Below are positions 33,602 through 44,492 of a stretch of DNA of 64,000 nucleotides, piece by piece; position 1 is the first letter of the stretch; every line of letters begins with the position of its first letter. This DNA comes from Cyanidioschyzon merolae. Lineage: Eukaryota. The position numbers and the translations under genes were made by a program. Below the pieces are notes generated by a model. It saw nothing but the letters and a program-made list of their open reading frames with translations, had not been told where the DNA came from and did not search any database. The stretch lies in the NCBI GenBank assembly GCA_000091205.1, contig AP006489.2; one strand, 5' to 3'.

Positions 33602-35284
33602 GCCTTTGTTGAGCTGGAAGCCTCACCAGGAATAGGGCCTCTTGCCCAGGCCGTGCGCGAAAACCTTTGCAGGGCGCAACTCGGTCTGAATATGCCAAGA
33701 CTACGCTTCGGTCGCTGCGGTCGTTGAAACTGCGCAACGTTAAAGCTCCAGACGATTGTAGTCGCGGACATGCGGAGTGTTCCTGGGACATTTTTTCGAG
33801 TACGCATGCATCGGCGAAACACCCAGAAACTCTTATGGATGACCGCGGATACGTGTTGCTGCAGGAATGCTAATCGGGACAAGCGCTTGTTAGCCTATTG
33901 CCGATGCGATGACATCGGTCAGGAGGTCAGGTGCGAGGGACTGGGTGCTTCAAGCACCCGGCATACCGCTTCGGGAAGGTTGGCGAATATTTCCATGCGC
34001 TATTGTTAGTCAATGTTTGTAGCCACGGGGGATATGCTTTTCGTTCTTGTTTCGGGATGAAACACGAACGATTACGAGCGCAGGAGCTTCTAGGCTGGTC
34101 AAGGAAGCATGCAGTGCAAGAACGTTTCGATCGAACTTGTCCTTGGTGTGAATAAGTCGCACGGACGGAGACCCAGAGGGCAGCATGTTCCAGGGTTCCC
34201 GTTTCGGTATGCTCCGACGCCGCAGCTCCTTGTCCAAGTTCAGTGTGAACGGGTTATATATATATGTCTATATCAACATGCGTCACGCCTCTGCCTCGCA
34301 ATACGACGTCACAGAACGCCTGCCGGCGCGTACCCTGGTACTCGATAGACCGTACTCGAAAGAGCGTCACTGACGCGGCCCTATAATACAAAGCAATCAT
34401 ATCACGAATATTCGTATCGTCGTCATATTTTTTCGATCGGACACATCACCCAGAATAGCATACGCATGTCCACGGCCTCGCGGGCCGGGCCGAGCGCCCA
34501 CCGAGCCAGCTCGTAACCGTGGAACAAAGCTCTGGTGCAGCAGTCAGGGTGTAGTCCCATGTTTCCAGTGCTCGCTTGAATGTCCAGACCTGGATATTAA
34601 GGTCGTGCCCGGGCTCATCGCCGTCCTGGGATGTGAGATGGGCTCACCAGTCAGAAACAGGTGCAGGACTAACCAATGAGCGCACGTTCGAGTTCAGCTT
34701 CGGATGGAAACGAATGACAGGCGGGAGACGGCTGGCATATTATGCCCAGCTGCTTGAACATCACGCTACCCACATAGACAGCATCTTTTAGTGTCATGAA
34801 CACAAGCAAATACGCTTCTCCACGCAGCGCGGTCACGATGGGATGCGCAGCCTGTGTCCTTCGGGATCCTGCAACGTACGTACAGCGTATCCAGAAGGGG
34901 CGAATTTCGCGCTGTGAAGACGCAGTGCCGCGGGAGGGGCGTCGCAAGCCCCGGAATCGAATATACCAATTGCCATAATGATCACTAGAACCTGAAAAAC
35001 GCAGGTTGCAGCAACTTCACAGACGACAAGTACGGCATGGCGAGTCTGTTACGCAGAAAGTTTACCGGGTGCCAAAAACGTTCTGATGTGGGCATCAAGC
35101 GCTGGTCCGCAGCGTTCTCCCTGAAGCCGTTGTGGGTTGCAAGACACCCCATGCGCTAATTGGTTCGATTCGAGCTCCCAACTGTCCCTAATTTAGAAAT
35201 CTCACTTCATGAGCACGAGCGCTCGACTTGAGTTCAGGTGCGGCGCTAGCAATCCAGGGAATTTCCTCCAATGTGCGGACCCTA

Positions 35285-36709
35285 TTAGGGTTTGTAATAG
35301 TTCGTCTTAACGAATGGCATTTTGACTACTTCACCTGGCACAAGTTTTCCCCGAATTTTCACTGAAATACGCGTACCGACAGCGTCCATAGGCTTCGAGA
35401 TGTAACCCATACCAATAGCGCAGTTCCGTGTGGGGGAGAATCCTCCCGAAGTCACAGTACCGATCACGGCGTTATCGGCAGCTTTCGGTGAATTTTCGTG
35501 AATCGTTTCGTGTCCACGAGCTGGTGGTCCCCCGTGAAGGACAAAGCCTACTCTTTTCTTCTGCACGATACTTGGATTGGCAATCTCCTTGAGTATCACG
35601 TCTGCACCGAGGAACGAGGGCCGGCCATCACCGGAGTCTGGGTTGCGGCGAGACTTGGCAATCGTCCACGTTAAACCAGCGCTCACGGGCGTCGTGTTCT
35701 CATCAATATCGTTACCGTAGAGACAAAGGCCAGCTTCCATGCGCAGCGAGTCCCGTGCACCGAGACCACACGGAAGCACCGCTTCATTGGACACGAGCAT
35801 TTCGAAGAGCTTCGGCGCATCCTGATTGTGCACACTGATCTCAAAGCCGTCCTCTCCTGTATACCCGCAACGAGATACGAGCAAGTAATCAGAGAAAGCA
35901 GGTGCCTTGACCATCCGAGCATTCATGAACGCCATCTGCTCTAGGTTCAGTGTGCTTCGGTCGACAATATGCTGCAGTACCTGCATCGCTTTCGGGCCTT
36001 GAAGTGCCAGCAGCGAGCGATCCGCTAAAAACTCCAAGCGAACATCCATGCCGTCGACCTCGCGGGCGCGTCTCTCATGTGCTCGCAGGTGCGCCATGTC
36101 CTTATCGACACAGGCGCCATTGATCACCATATTCAGGGCTTCCGCCCCAGTATTGTCCTTTCCTAGGTTCGTAATGATCGTATCGTCAATGATACCTCCG
36201 TGCTCGTTCGTGAGTAGCGACAAAACCGCTGTACCCGCCGGGAGTGCCTGTAGATCCGCGACGATGAGTCTCTCGAGGAAGCGGACGCGGTCGGTGCCGT
36301 ACACGCGCACCTGCCCCATGTGCGAGACATCAAACACACCAGCCGACTGACGAACCTGCAAGTGCTCGTTTTTTATCCCGCCTTTCTCGCCAGAGTACAT
36401 CACTGGGAGCGCATAGCCTGCAAAGGGAACCATTTTGCCCCCGTACTTCAGGTGCGTCTCATACAGCGCGGTATGTTTGAGTTTCTCCTCAGGGCTCGGC
36501 TGCGTGGCGGACGTTGTGCTTGCCTGGCGGTAGCGCAAATGACCGTTTGCAATCCAATTCAACGGTGACAGACGCTTGTGCGTTTCGCCCCGCAACAGCG
36601 CTACCGGAGCACTTAGGCGGTGCCCAGGGTGCTTCCCCGCTACAAAACGCACTTCCGACGCACATACTGCGCTCAATTCAAGCCACCTGTTCAGAATCCG
36701 AGCTGCCAT
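35285..36709 (-). CDS. GCVT: Aminomethyltransferase, glycine cleavage system T protein (mitochondrial-type)
   Basis: 'TALYETHLKYGGKMVPFAGYALPVMYS', 'VRQSAGVFDVSHMGQVRVYG', 'ISRCGYTGEDGFEISV' and 'GLGARDSLRMEAGLCLYGNDIDE..TPVSAGLTW' are canonical GcvT/AMT motifs. An N-terminal presequence-like region is present. Confidence 0.9.
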   Translation of the reverse strand: MAARILNRWLELSAVCASEVRFVAGKHPGHRLSAPVALLRGETHKRLSPLNWIANGHLRYRQASTTSATQPSPEEKLKHTALYETHLKYGGKMVPFAGYALPVMYSGEKGGIKNEHLQVRQSAGVFDVSHMGQVRVYGTDRVRFLERLIVADLQALPAGTAVLSLLTNEHGGIIDDTIITNLGKDNTGAEALNMVINGACVDKDMAHLRAHERRAREVDGMDVRLEFLADRSLLALQGPKAMQVLQHIVDRSTLNLEQMAFMNARMVKAPAFSDYLLVSRCGYTGEDGFEISVHNQDAPKLFEMLVSNEAVLPCGLGARDSLRMEAGLCLYGNDIDENTTPVSAGLTWTIAKSRRNPDSGDGRPSFLGADVILKEIANPSIVQKKRVGFVLHGGPPARGHETIHENSPKAADNAVIGTVTSGGFSPTRNCAIGMGYISKPMDAVGTRISVKIRGKLVPGEVVKMPFVKTNYYKP

Positions 36710-37247
36710 AGCGTATCAGATGACGAGAGGCTCCCCTAAGAAACCGAGCTCCCAGATAAAGCCCTTCTTTCCCAAGGTCCAGGGATGAGCAACGTTTCGT
36801 TGCACTAGAAACTTGCTGCAATGCGATGCAGCAGCAGCAGCGCCGTCTATGATCATTCTTAAGCCGCATCGCCGCTACCGTCTGGGGACGTGTTCGCACA
36901 ATCCCAGTGCAGAAGCCTGCCACGACGCACAGCAGAGTCTTTGGAGATAGCCAGATTCCTTCGGAAGGGCGCAGTGAACAGTTTTAGCTGGGCCTCCGTG
37001 TGTGGTCGGTGATACGCTGGTGACGCTACTCTAGCGTTTGCAGCGATACTAGTAGTGTCGGTGTTCGTGCCCGCGCCCCGTGCTGGAAACGGTGCAGGTC
37101 AACGGCCTCGAACGCGGTAGCGCGCAAAGGCTGGTGCTATTGCGCGAACGCATTCGAGGCAGACCCGTTGCTGTCTAAAACAGATCCTCAGGACGTCTCG
37201 TGCGCTTGGTAAATTCTGTGCTGCACGCATAGCGATGGCGTGGAGTC

Positions 37248-39305
37248 ATGGCCAGTGGCAGTGGAAGCGATGAGCGCGTGCCACTCTTGGGCGAACGTGG
37301 ACGGCCGACAGGCGCTGTGGCGGCTACAGCTGCCGAAACCGCTCATAGTCGTGATCCGGTTGGACGAGCTCAGAGCGATCGTGAGCGTGTTTGCCTTGCA
37401 AGTCGGGGTCGACGCGCTCACAGGCTCGACGAGTTGTGTTTCTGGCTGATATATGCCGTACTCCTGGTGGCTTCCATAGTCTGGGCGCTGATCAGCGCCA
37501 AGATGCGTGGACACCAACGACTGCAGGGAGAGCCTGTCGTGCCCGAGCCTGCGGTGGCGAATACTGAATCAGCATCGTTTTGCCAGGTCGGCAGTACTGG
37601 ATGGAATAAGCACCGCACACGTCTCGGTTGGTCATGTACCAGTGAGCTCCGGTCTCGCGTAACGCTTGGGCGCGCTGTCAGCCAGTCTGCGCCCCTATCC
37701 ATCCTTGAGAAGGTGAAATCAACCTGTCCAAACTGGCGACGGTTGCTCCAGTATCCGGCGCTATGTCGCCGCCAGGAGCGCTCTGTCTCAGGATGCGGCT
37801 CCTTCCTCTGGATAAGCGATTTGCATGTGGATTACTGGTTCGATCCTCGCGTGCCTCCGACGTTGTGTGGTGAACGCAAAGTCTGTCGCCCGGCGGAGCT
37901 CGTCTACAATGTGTCATCCCAGGTGCGCGATGCGAGCATTCCCAATAACCCTGCCGTGCCTGTGCGGGATGTAGCCACGACATATACCTACGGACGGCCC
38001 GGATGTGATCCTCCGCTGCCTCTCTTGGAGTCTTTGACGGAAGCGATGAAAAAGGTCGATAGTGATCCTGACTTTATTCTCATCACAGGTGATCTGGCTC
38101 CGCATGACCTGCCTTCTCGCGCATATGTGCTCAGGAGCCTCAATGCATCTGCGCAGCACCTTTCTGCAACTGTTTGCGGCGCGCTGGGCAACAGCGGTGA
38201 GTCTCAGCGACGGTCGCCAAGATGCATCGTAGTTGTCGGCAACGTCGATCTGTTTCCGACGTTGCACATACCTATAGAGGCGAAACCTGTGAGCTCCGCA
38301 GAACGCTATGATGCAGAGAACAATAATCAACCGGTGCGCTTTCGGGACCTGTACGAACTCTACGTTACCGCAGGCATTCTGGATCCAGAGAATGAGGCGC
38401 TGCGCAGATCGTTCACTGTGGGCGGATATTACAGAGCGTATGATGATGGCAAGCTGCGAGTTCTGGTATACAACTCTCTCCATTACATCGCTGGGAGGCT
38501 CTTCAGTTCAGCGAGTGCACTGAACAGAACGAATGCATCGCCCGCTTTGCCCTTCTACGCCCTGCCTTGTGAACAATGGAAGCAGGTGCTTCCAGATGCG
38601 GATGATCCTGCGGGCCAGTTTGCCTGGCTCGAGGAGGAATTGCAGGATGCTGAACAGAACGGACGATCCGTTTTCCTTGCTTCTCACATCGGACCGGGCA
38701 GTAAAACTGGTTCCCGGGCCTGGTGTGCACCCTATGTTACCCGCTTTGCGGACTTGTTGACCAAGTATGCAGACACAGTGACCATGCAGTTTTACGGTGA
38801 TTTATCTCGTGAAGAATTGCGCTTGATTGAGCCTTATGGTTCGCCGAATGGAACCAGCGAAATGCGAGGACTAGCTCTTCTCATCAATCCCGGACTTACA
38901 CCGAGACGGATGCCTGGTGGTGCGCCGACATTTCGCCACTGCTTCTTCGACCGCGGCATACACCGAGCGAAGCAGGTAGCTCAGCGAAGACGCGGTGACC
39001 ATGTGTTCGCACCGGTGACCTTGCTTGACTATCACGCGTATGCGTTTCCGCTTCAGCACACCGTGATAGAGCGAATGACTCGGGGCGCGAGCGCGCCTCA
39101 TCCCGAATGGCGCTGGCGGTACAGCTTTGCGGAACAGTTTTGTGTTCCGCACCTGTCGGCGTCGACGCTGCGTCAGGTCATTCAGAACATTGCATCGGAG
39201 CCCGAGTTCATGGAGGCCTACACCTTGCGCACGGAGGATGGCCTCGAGAGCGATCTCGACTTGAGCGCAGCAGTCGGAAGCCTTCGAGTCCAACCTGCTG
39301 CCTAA
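37248..39305 (+). CDS. Acid sphingomyelinase-like calcineurin-type metallophosphoesterase with N-terminal TM anchor
   Basis: A TM segment 'LCFWLIYAVLLVASIVWALI'. Metallophosphoesterase motifs 'LWISDLHVDYWFDP' (D-x-H), 'FILITGDLAPHD' (GD..HD), 'VVGNVDLFP' and 'FLASHIGPG', arranged as in SMPD1/SMPDL3. Confidence 0.7.
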   Translation: MASGSGSDERVPLLGERGRPTGAVAATAAETAHSRDPVGRAQSDRERVCLASRGRRAHRLDELCFWLIYAVLLVASIVWALISAKMRGHQRLQGEPVVPEPAVANTESASFCQVGSTGWNKHRTRLGWSCTSELRSRVTLGRAVSQSAPLSILEKVKSTCPNWRRLLQYPALCRRQERSVSGCGSFLWISDLHVDYWFDPRVPPTLCGERKVCRPAELVYNVSSQVRDASIPNNPAVPVRDVATTYTYGRPGCDPPLPLLESLTEAMKKVDSDPDFILITGDLAPHDLPSRAYVLRSLNASAQHLSATVCGALGNSGESQRRSPRCIVVVGNVDLFPTLHIPIEAKPVSSAERYDAENNNQPVRFRDLYELYVTAGILDPENEALRRSFTVGGYYRAYDDGKLRVLVYNSLHYIAGRLFSSASALNRTNASPALPFYALPCEQWKQVLPDADDPAGQFAWLEEELQDAEQNGRSVFLASHIGPGSKTGSRAWCAPYVTRFADLLTKYADTVTMQFYGDLSREELRLIEPYGSPNGTSEMRGLALLINPGLTPRRMPGGAPTFRHCFFDRGIHRAKQVAQRRRGDHVFAPVTLLDYHAYAFPLQHTVIERMTRGASAPHPEWRWRYSFAEQFCVPHLSASTLRQVIQNIASEPEFMEAYTLRTEDGLESDLDLSAAVGSLRVQPAA

Positions 39306-40114
39306 GCGCAGCACTGGTATTCTCGCAGCATTCAACTAAGAGTTGCTGATGGTGTTGAAGGGCGGGTCTTTTTAGATGCCTTTACTGAGAGCAAGGCACC
39401 TTTTTCTCCAGATGCGCGGGTGCCAAGGGCCAGATGCCTGCCAGTTGAGCGGACCAGACTCGCTGCCACTTACCATAATCGAGCATTGAGGGGGGGTCGA
39501 GATGTCCGGACCGCCTTCACGGACGTATGGCTCGCTGCACCAGTGTCTACGCCTTGCTTTGGGAAGGTGCAATCCGTTCGCGGAGCGCTGCGCCACAGCG
39601 CTGGAAGTTGTGAAACACAACCAGGCTATATTGCTGGACGCCTTTGGCCATTTTTGGCTGCGTTGCCCTTTCTAAACTCATATCCGTCTTTGGAAAGAAC
39701 GTTCACATACCGCAACGGCCTCGACAAGGTCTTTCCGCACAATGCGATACATTGGAATGCATGCCGCCTCTTTCCTGTAGAGTGCACAAGTCCCAGAGAC
39801 TGTATATGAACGGAGGGAGTACCTACCAGGGAGCCATGTTCGCAGCGACGTCTCCTACGCGTACCATCTAGCGACAGCGCCTCAACAACGCACGTACCAT
39901 TCAGGTGTTGTCCCAACGCGGACGCCGATGACAGTGACTCGGTAATACTAGCATCGCCAGCGCTGCCACAACCAGCTCCACCACCAACACCACATGCATC
40001 GCAATGCCACGAACGCTGTGTAGATAAGGTGGCGCTCTATGCTAGTCGCAGCCGATGCTGCTTCTAGTTTCCGTGAGCGCAAGGCGCGCCCCCGTATACA
40101 CCGCTGCCGCTGGA

Positions 40115-40330
40115 ACTGCACAAAAATTGCCGTCGATGCATCGACATGTACCTTATTGATCGACATAAATAGAATTATGTGGAAATCATGGTCCATGCGC
40201 GCGCTGACTCGCCCCTAATCACTGCAAATTCCATGCTCGTCGATGCATCGACATGCAATCTTATCCGATTTATATACATAAATATACCTATATGTAAATC
40301 ATGGTCAACGCGCGTGCCGACATCAGGCAA
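40115..40330. repeat. ~105-bp tandem repeat (2 units), each with perfect 14-bp palindrome GTCGATGCATCGAC plus AT-rich box
   Basis: Unit 1 is '...AAAATTGCCGTCGATGCATCGACATGTACC...AAATCATGGTCCATGCGCGCG'. Unit 2 is '...AAATTCCATGCTCGTCGATGCATCGACATGCAATC...AAATCATGGTCAACGCGCGTG'. It lies immediately upstream of ORF 40336. Confidence 0.7.
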
Positions 40331-40335
40331 CGTCT

Positions 40336-41436
40336 TTGACGCTGCTCGAAACGCTCAGCATGAAGGCATATGATCTGTGGCCGTTCGAGACGACAGAGCT
40401 GTTTGCCCCGCTCGGTTCGTTGTGGACCTGCCTTATCATGGACTCTGGAGCGCACCGGTCGTTCTGGCGAGAGCGTGTTTGCAAGACGGCACCCATACCG
40501 CGGTGGCTCGCGCACGGCATCGATGCGTTGCTCATAGCGTTGGTAGTGATCGCTTTCGGGGCGATGCTCTCGGAAACAGCGCGCTCGGTGGCAGACCCAG
40601 CCTCAAGAGCCGTGCTCGCGCACACGGTGCGGCCAGCTATGGAGCATACGCTTTCTTCAGAGAGCATCTCGGGACGCTTGGAATCGTTCCGAAGCCTGTT
40701 CGCCGGAGTCTCTAATCGGTGCTGTCGCGCGGCGCTCGCACCAGGTCTGGCGAACGGTGTGTTGGGGCGCGTCCTGCCCAGGCAAAATGAGGGCGCGGTT
40801 GCTTTTCCTGGTAAGCAAACTGACGGATCGCGGCTCTCGAGTGCGGCGTCCGTTGTAACATGGCCACAAACGAGTTTTGTGCGGGCACTTTTAGAAAGCG
40901 TGGCTCGCCCTAACGAAGGTGCGGGATCTGCCGGGGACGATCGCCTTATAATAGCGTTTGTTCTATTCACCGTTTTCGTCTTACTGGCCCTGTACATTCT
41001 TGGCGTCTGTGGATCCCTCAGAAAATGCGGGTATGCCGCTTGGTTTGGTCTGATGCCATTTACGGGTCAGGTCGCTCTATGTGAAGCGGGCGGCAACGTG
41101 TGGCTCTGGGTCCTTCCCAGACTCTTCACCAATCCGCCGTTTTCAACAACAGCGAATGCAATCATATGCTATGGATTTGCAGTGTCTTTCTTGGGCAAGC
41201 GCGAACAAGATGAAGCAGGAGGTTTGGGCGCGCGGCCTGCGACGACATCGATTTGGGATGATTTTACGTGGAAAGCCTTCTGGCTCACAGTCGGTCTAGT
41301 GTTCTTTCCGTTCGTCTCTTTCCCTTTGGTTGCTTTGAGTGATTCACTCCAGTACGATGCATGCTATCGAGCACGCCTGGCGGAGAGGGTCAGGGCCGCG
41401 GCGCCCTCGGCGGGCGAATACATTGCCCTACCCTAG
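40336..41436 (+). CDS. Hypothetical multi-pass membrane protein
   Basis: A 366-aa ORF with several hydrophobic helices (ALLIALVVIAFGAML; IIAFVLFTVFVLLALYILGV; FWLTVGLVFFPFVSFPLVAL). No recognisable family, and the coding status is uncertain. Confidence 0.35.
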   Translation: MTLLETLSMKAYDLWPFETTELFAPLGSLWTCLIMDSGAHRSFWRERVCKTAPIPRWLAHGIDALLIALVVIAFGAMLSETARSVADPASRAVLAHTVRPAMEHTLSSESISGRLESFRSLFAGVSNRCCRAALAPGLANGVLGRVLPRQNEGAVAFPGKQTDGSRLSSAASVVTWPQTSFVRALLESVARPNEGAGSAGDDRLIIAFVLFTVFVLLALYILGVCGSLRKCGYAAWFGLMPFTGQVALCEAGGNVWLWVLPRLFTNPPFSTTANAIICYGFAVSFLGKREQDEAGGLGARPATTSIWDDFTWKAFWLTVGLVFFPFVSFPLVALSDSLQYDACYRARLAERVRAAAPSAGEYIALP

Positions 41437-41855
41437 GCGGGTGCGCAGTCGTTACCGGCGTTCTGTTTCGGGCTCTCAAGCTGATGCCCACAATGCCATT
41501 CTGAAAAGATGCAGTCTGTGTAGGTCCACGACAGAGGCGAAGAGGCAAGCAGTTTCACTGCTAGCGTCTGAGGTAGACTCAATGGCCCAGGGTTCTCTGT
41601 GTCTTGAACTGGTTGCCGGTCTGGCGCTGGCTCTATGCATCGAGGCTACTCCGGCTCAAGAGACAGGATTGCCAGACGCAGGATCAGTGGCTGCCCACTC
41701 CAAGACGCCCCAGCTGGGGCTCCGCTCGAAGCGACGCATGCGCCTCTTTCGGGTACCAGCTGCACGACCATGGCGACGAAACGATCTTCGGCTAAGTACG
41801 ATGACGATTGTGACTCGCCGTGAATGTTTCGCTTAGCAACGAATCTATTCGGAAT

Positions 41856-44492
41856 CTAGAAACGTTCCTGGATAAAGAGGATCGGTTTCTTCGTACCGAG
41901 GCGCTCGGGTTGCCTCTGGACTTTGTGCATGGCCCGTCGAACACTCGCACCAAGGGCTGGATTCCCACAGAAAAAGATGCCTCTTTGTACGTCGTTGGAG
42001 AAGCCAGACACGCGATTGAACTGTTTCACCTGGATAATGTTCCCAAAAAGTCTTTCAAACTCGTACGGATCGCGCAGGTCCAACAAATCCTCGATGAACG
42101 TTTCAAAGCGGGGCCGTCCCTGGTGAAACTGCAGTATCGACTTGGTTGATTGGCCGGCTTCCAGGATGCTCGCAGGAATCTCGCCTCTCGTCAGAAATAT
42201 GTGTACCCGAACGCGCGGAATCAGGTCAGGAGTCCAGGTTTGCGCCAAGTCGAACAGGCCTTGAATACCCCACAGGTCCGCGTATTCGCGCACCACCCAG
42301 ACAAAAGTTAGACTGAACACGTTCGCATACAGACGCTGCTCCTGCTGCTCCTGCTGCTCCTGCTGCTCCTGCTGCTCCTGCTGCTCCTGCTGCTCCTGCT
42401 GCTCCTGCTGCTCCTGCTGCTCCTGCTGCTCCTGCTGCTCCTGCTGCTCCTGCTGCTCCTGCTGCTCCTGCTGCTCTACATGGGAGACCTTATCGTCGGA
42501 TTGGACGCACCGCTGCTGCGCCACAGCTGTCCCAAGACCGTTCCCCCTCCGCGAGAGCAAGGCGCTCGCTTTCCGTCCCAGATGACGCACGCGCCTCAGC
42601 TGGATACGCCACGGCCGCGGCAGATAGAAAATTCTGAGGGTCAGCGCAAACATGATACTTTTGATACAGAAGAGGACGAGGGCGATGATGCGCATCGCAT
42701 TCCCTGCGCCGTCCATATAATGCGACGAGTGTTGTTCGATGCCGAAGAGCGTTGCACCCACGACCAGGTCTGCAACGAGGAGTCCGCAAACACTCAGTGA
42801 TACAAAGCCGCGCGGGGTGCCGACGTAACGCCAGCGAGGCGGATCCAATGTCACCAGCATATCCGACGCAATCGTGAACGAGAAGAGAAAAAGAAGCACT
42901 GCCGAGCTGGTGAAATCCGCAACTAAGGCTACATTGGCATCGAATGCATTTGCGATGACATAAATCGTCAAGCTAATGTACAGCATCCAGAGCAGACTGA
43001 ACAGCCAGAGGCTACTCAATACAAAAGCCCGTAGTCGATCAATTCGCGTTTCCGTTTGGAATATTCCAACGCGCTCTTTCATGTACATCGAAAGGATGCC
43101 AGATTTCCGTATTCGATCCAGCAACTGTGCCGATGTTTCCTGTTTGCTCAGTGTATCGAGAGTCCCGTGCTGCGTTCCGGCCCTGATTCCTCGAATATCA
43201 TCATCGGACGCATCCGCGATGCCGGCCAATTTGGCGGGAGCACGAGCGCTACATATTTCCCGGAGTATGGAGACCATCGGGGTTGCACCAACGCCGCTTC
43301 CGATCAGCAACTGGTAGGGAAAGTGCAGATGGGACTGCGCCGGTGCTCCATACGGGCCTGCCAAGAGCACCCGGTACGCCTCGATTGTCGTCATACATAT
43401 CCGTTCAGGGGCCAAATCGAGGCCGTCCGCCGTTGTTGTCGCTGCTTCTGCCACTGCTGCTTCTGCAAGGCTGTGCAGCCTGCGAGTCCATTTGCCCACT
43501 GCCGCAATGTAGAACGTGATGCGATCCGAGTCGCATGACGGTGCGCTTGCGGCTGTGAACGGATGCCAAGCATCAGCGGGCATACCACACCCTTTGCGCG
43601 TGTCGATGATCATGATCTTGAAATACTGGCCCGGTAGGTAGACCGCGTTCCGTCGTTCAACGGAGAGCTTCACGATATTGGAGTTTGCCTGAGCCAGACT
43701 GAGCACCAGGATGCGCCGAGGAGTTACGGTCGCCCGGGAGAGCTGATACAAGCGGTCGATGATATAGAGGAATACCGGGCCTGCGAAGAAGTACACCGTC
43801 CAGGGCCGGCCGCCTCGCAAGCCGTGAAATACCAGACAGATGTATACCAGGACCGCAATCGGACGGTGCGTCCACCAGAACAGGCGGAACCATTTCCGGC
43901 GTACAGTTTCAACTCCAAAACCGAGCAAAGGAACCAGCAAAACCATGAGCACCACACCTGTGACAAAAAGCATGGTCGCTGGCAGTGCCGCTGGTCCCGT
44001 GAACAAACCGCCACGAAATACGAACACGCTCGCAGCGTAGTTGACGATCTGGGCGATGCCGTGAATCCAGCCGGTTGCGGCAAGTGACGTCCCTACGATG
44101 GTGTGCATGTCGGGTATCCATCGCTCCACACATAGCAGGTCGTAGAGAGGTGTGCGGTACAGAACCGTCGCTAGAGTGCGGTTTATCGTGAGCGGGAGGA
44201 CAAGCGAACAGAATGTGCACGCAAATCCCATGCCCCGTGCGATGGATCCCGCATACCGCAGGATACCACTGGGGCGCAAGTCGACGATAACGTAGCGTAC
44301 CCCGTAAGCAAAGAACCACGACATGGCACAGAAGAACAGGAGAACAATCGAGTACCAAAGCCCGTTTTCAACGAGGTGGATATTCCATATTTGCGTACGT
44401 TCCGTCAGGCTGGGATCGAGATTCGACTCGTTCTGTTTTGCTTTGTTCATCAGTATCGTACGAAAAACGCAGATGGAATAACCACAAGTCAA
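41856..44492 (-). CDS. Ferric-reductase/NADPH-oxidase (NOX/FRE) family protein with large TM-rich insertion and (QQE)n tract in the NADPH-binding domain
   Basis: A ferric-reductase TM domain with His-containing helices. FAD motif 'HPFTAASAP'. NAD motif 'LLIGSGVGATPMVSIL'. The C-terminus has 'FFCGNPALG'. An insertion of about 330 aa with 4 hydrophobic helices and 16x QQE lies between the NAD motifs. Confidence 0.8.
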   Translation of the reverse strand: MTCGYSICVFRTILMNKAKQNESNLDPSLTERTQIWNIHLVENGLWYSIVLLFFCAMSWFFAYGVRYVIVDLRPSGILRYAGSIARGMGFACTFCSLVLPLTINRTLATVLYRTPLYDLLCVERWIPDMHTIVGTSLAATGWIHGIAQIVNYAASVFVFRGGLFTGPAALPATMLFVTGVVLMVLLVPLLGFGVETVRRKWFRLFWWTHRPIAVLVYICLVFHGLRGGRPWTVYFFAGPVFLYIIDRLYQLSRATVTPRRILVLSLAQANSNIVKLSVERRNAVYLPGQYFKIMIIDTRKGCGMPADAWHPFTAASAPSCDSDRITFYIAAVGKWTRRLHSLAEAAVAEAATTTADGLDLAPERICMTTIEAYRVLLAGPYGAPAQSHLHFPYQLLIGSGVGATPMVSILREICSARAPAKLAGIADASDDDIRGIRAGTQHGTLDTLSKQETSAQLLDRIRKSGILSMYMKERVGIFQTETRIDRLRAFVLSSLWLFSLLWMLYISLTIYVIANAFDANVALVADFTSSAVLLFLFSFTIASDMLVTLDPPRWRYVGTPRGFVSLSVCGLLVADLVVGATLFGIEQHSSHYMDGAGNAMRIIALVLFCIKSIMFALTLRIFYLPRPWRIQLRRVRHLGRKASALLSRRGNGLGTAVAQQRCVQSDDKVSHVEQQEQQEQQEQQEQQEQQEQQEQQEQQEQQEQQEQQEQQEQQEQQEQRLYANVFSLTFVWVVREYADLWGIQGLFDLAQTWTPDLIPRVRVHIFLTRGEIPASILEAGQSTKSILQFHQGRPRFETFIEDLLDLRDPYEFERLFGNIIQVKQFNRVSGFSNDVQRGIFFCGNPALGASVRRAMHKVQRQPERLGTKKPILFIQERF
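42336..42477. repeat. (CTGCTCCTG)n 9-bp microsatellite, ~16 units, in-frame within the NOX gene (encodes QQE repeats)
   Basis: Direct reading of the sequence: 'gctgctcctgctgctcctg...'. Confidence 0.9.
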
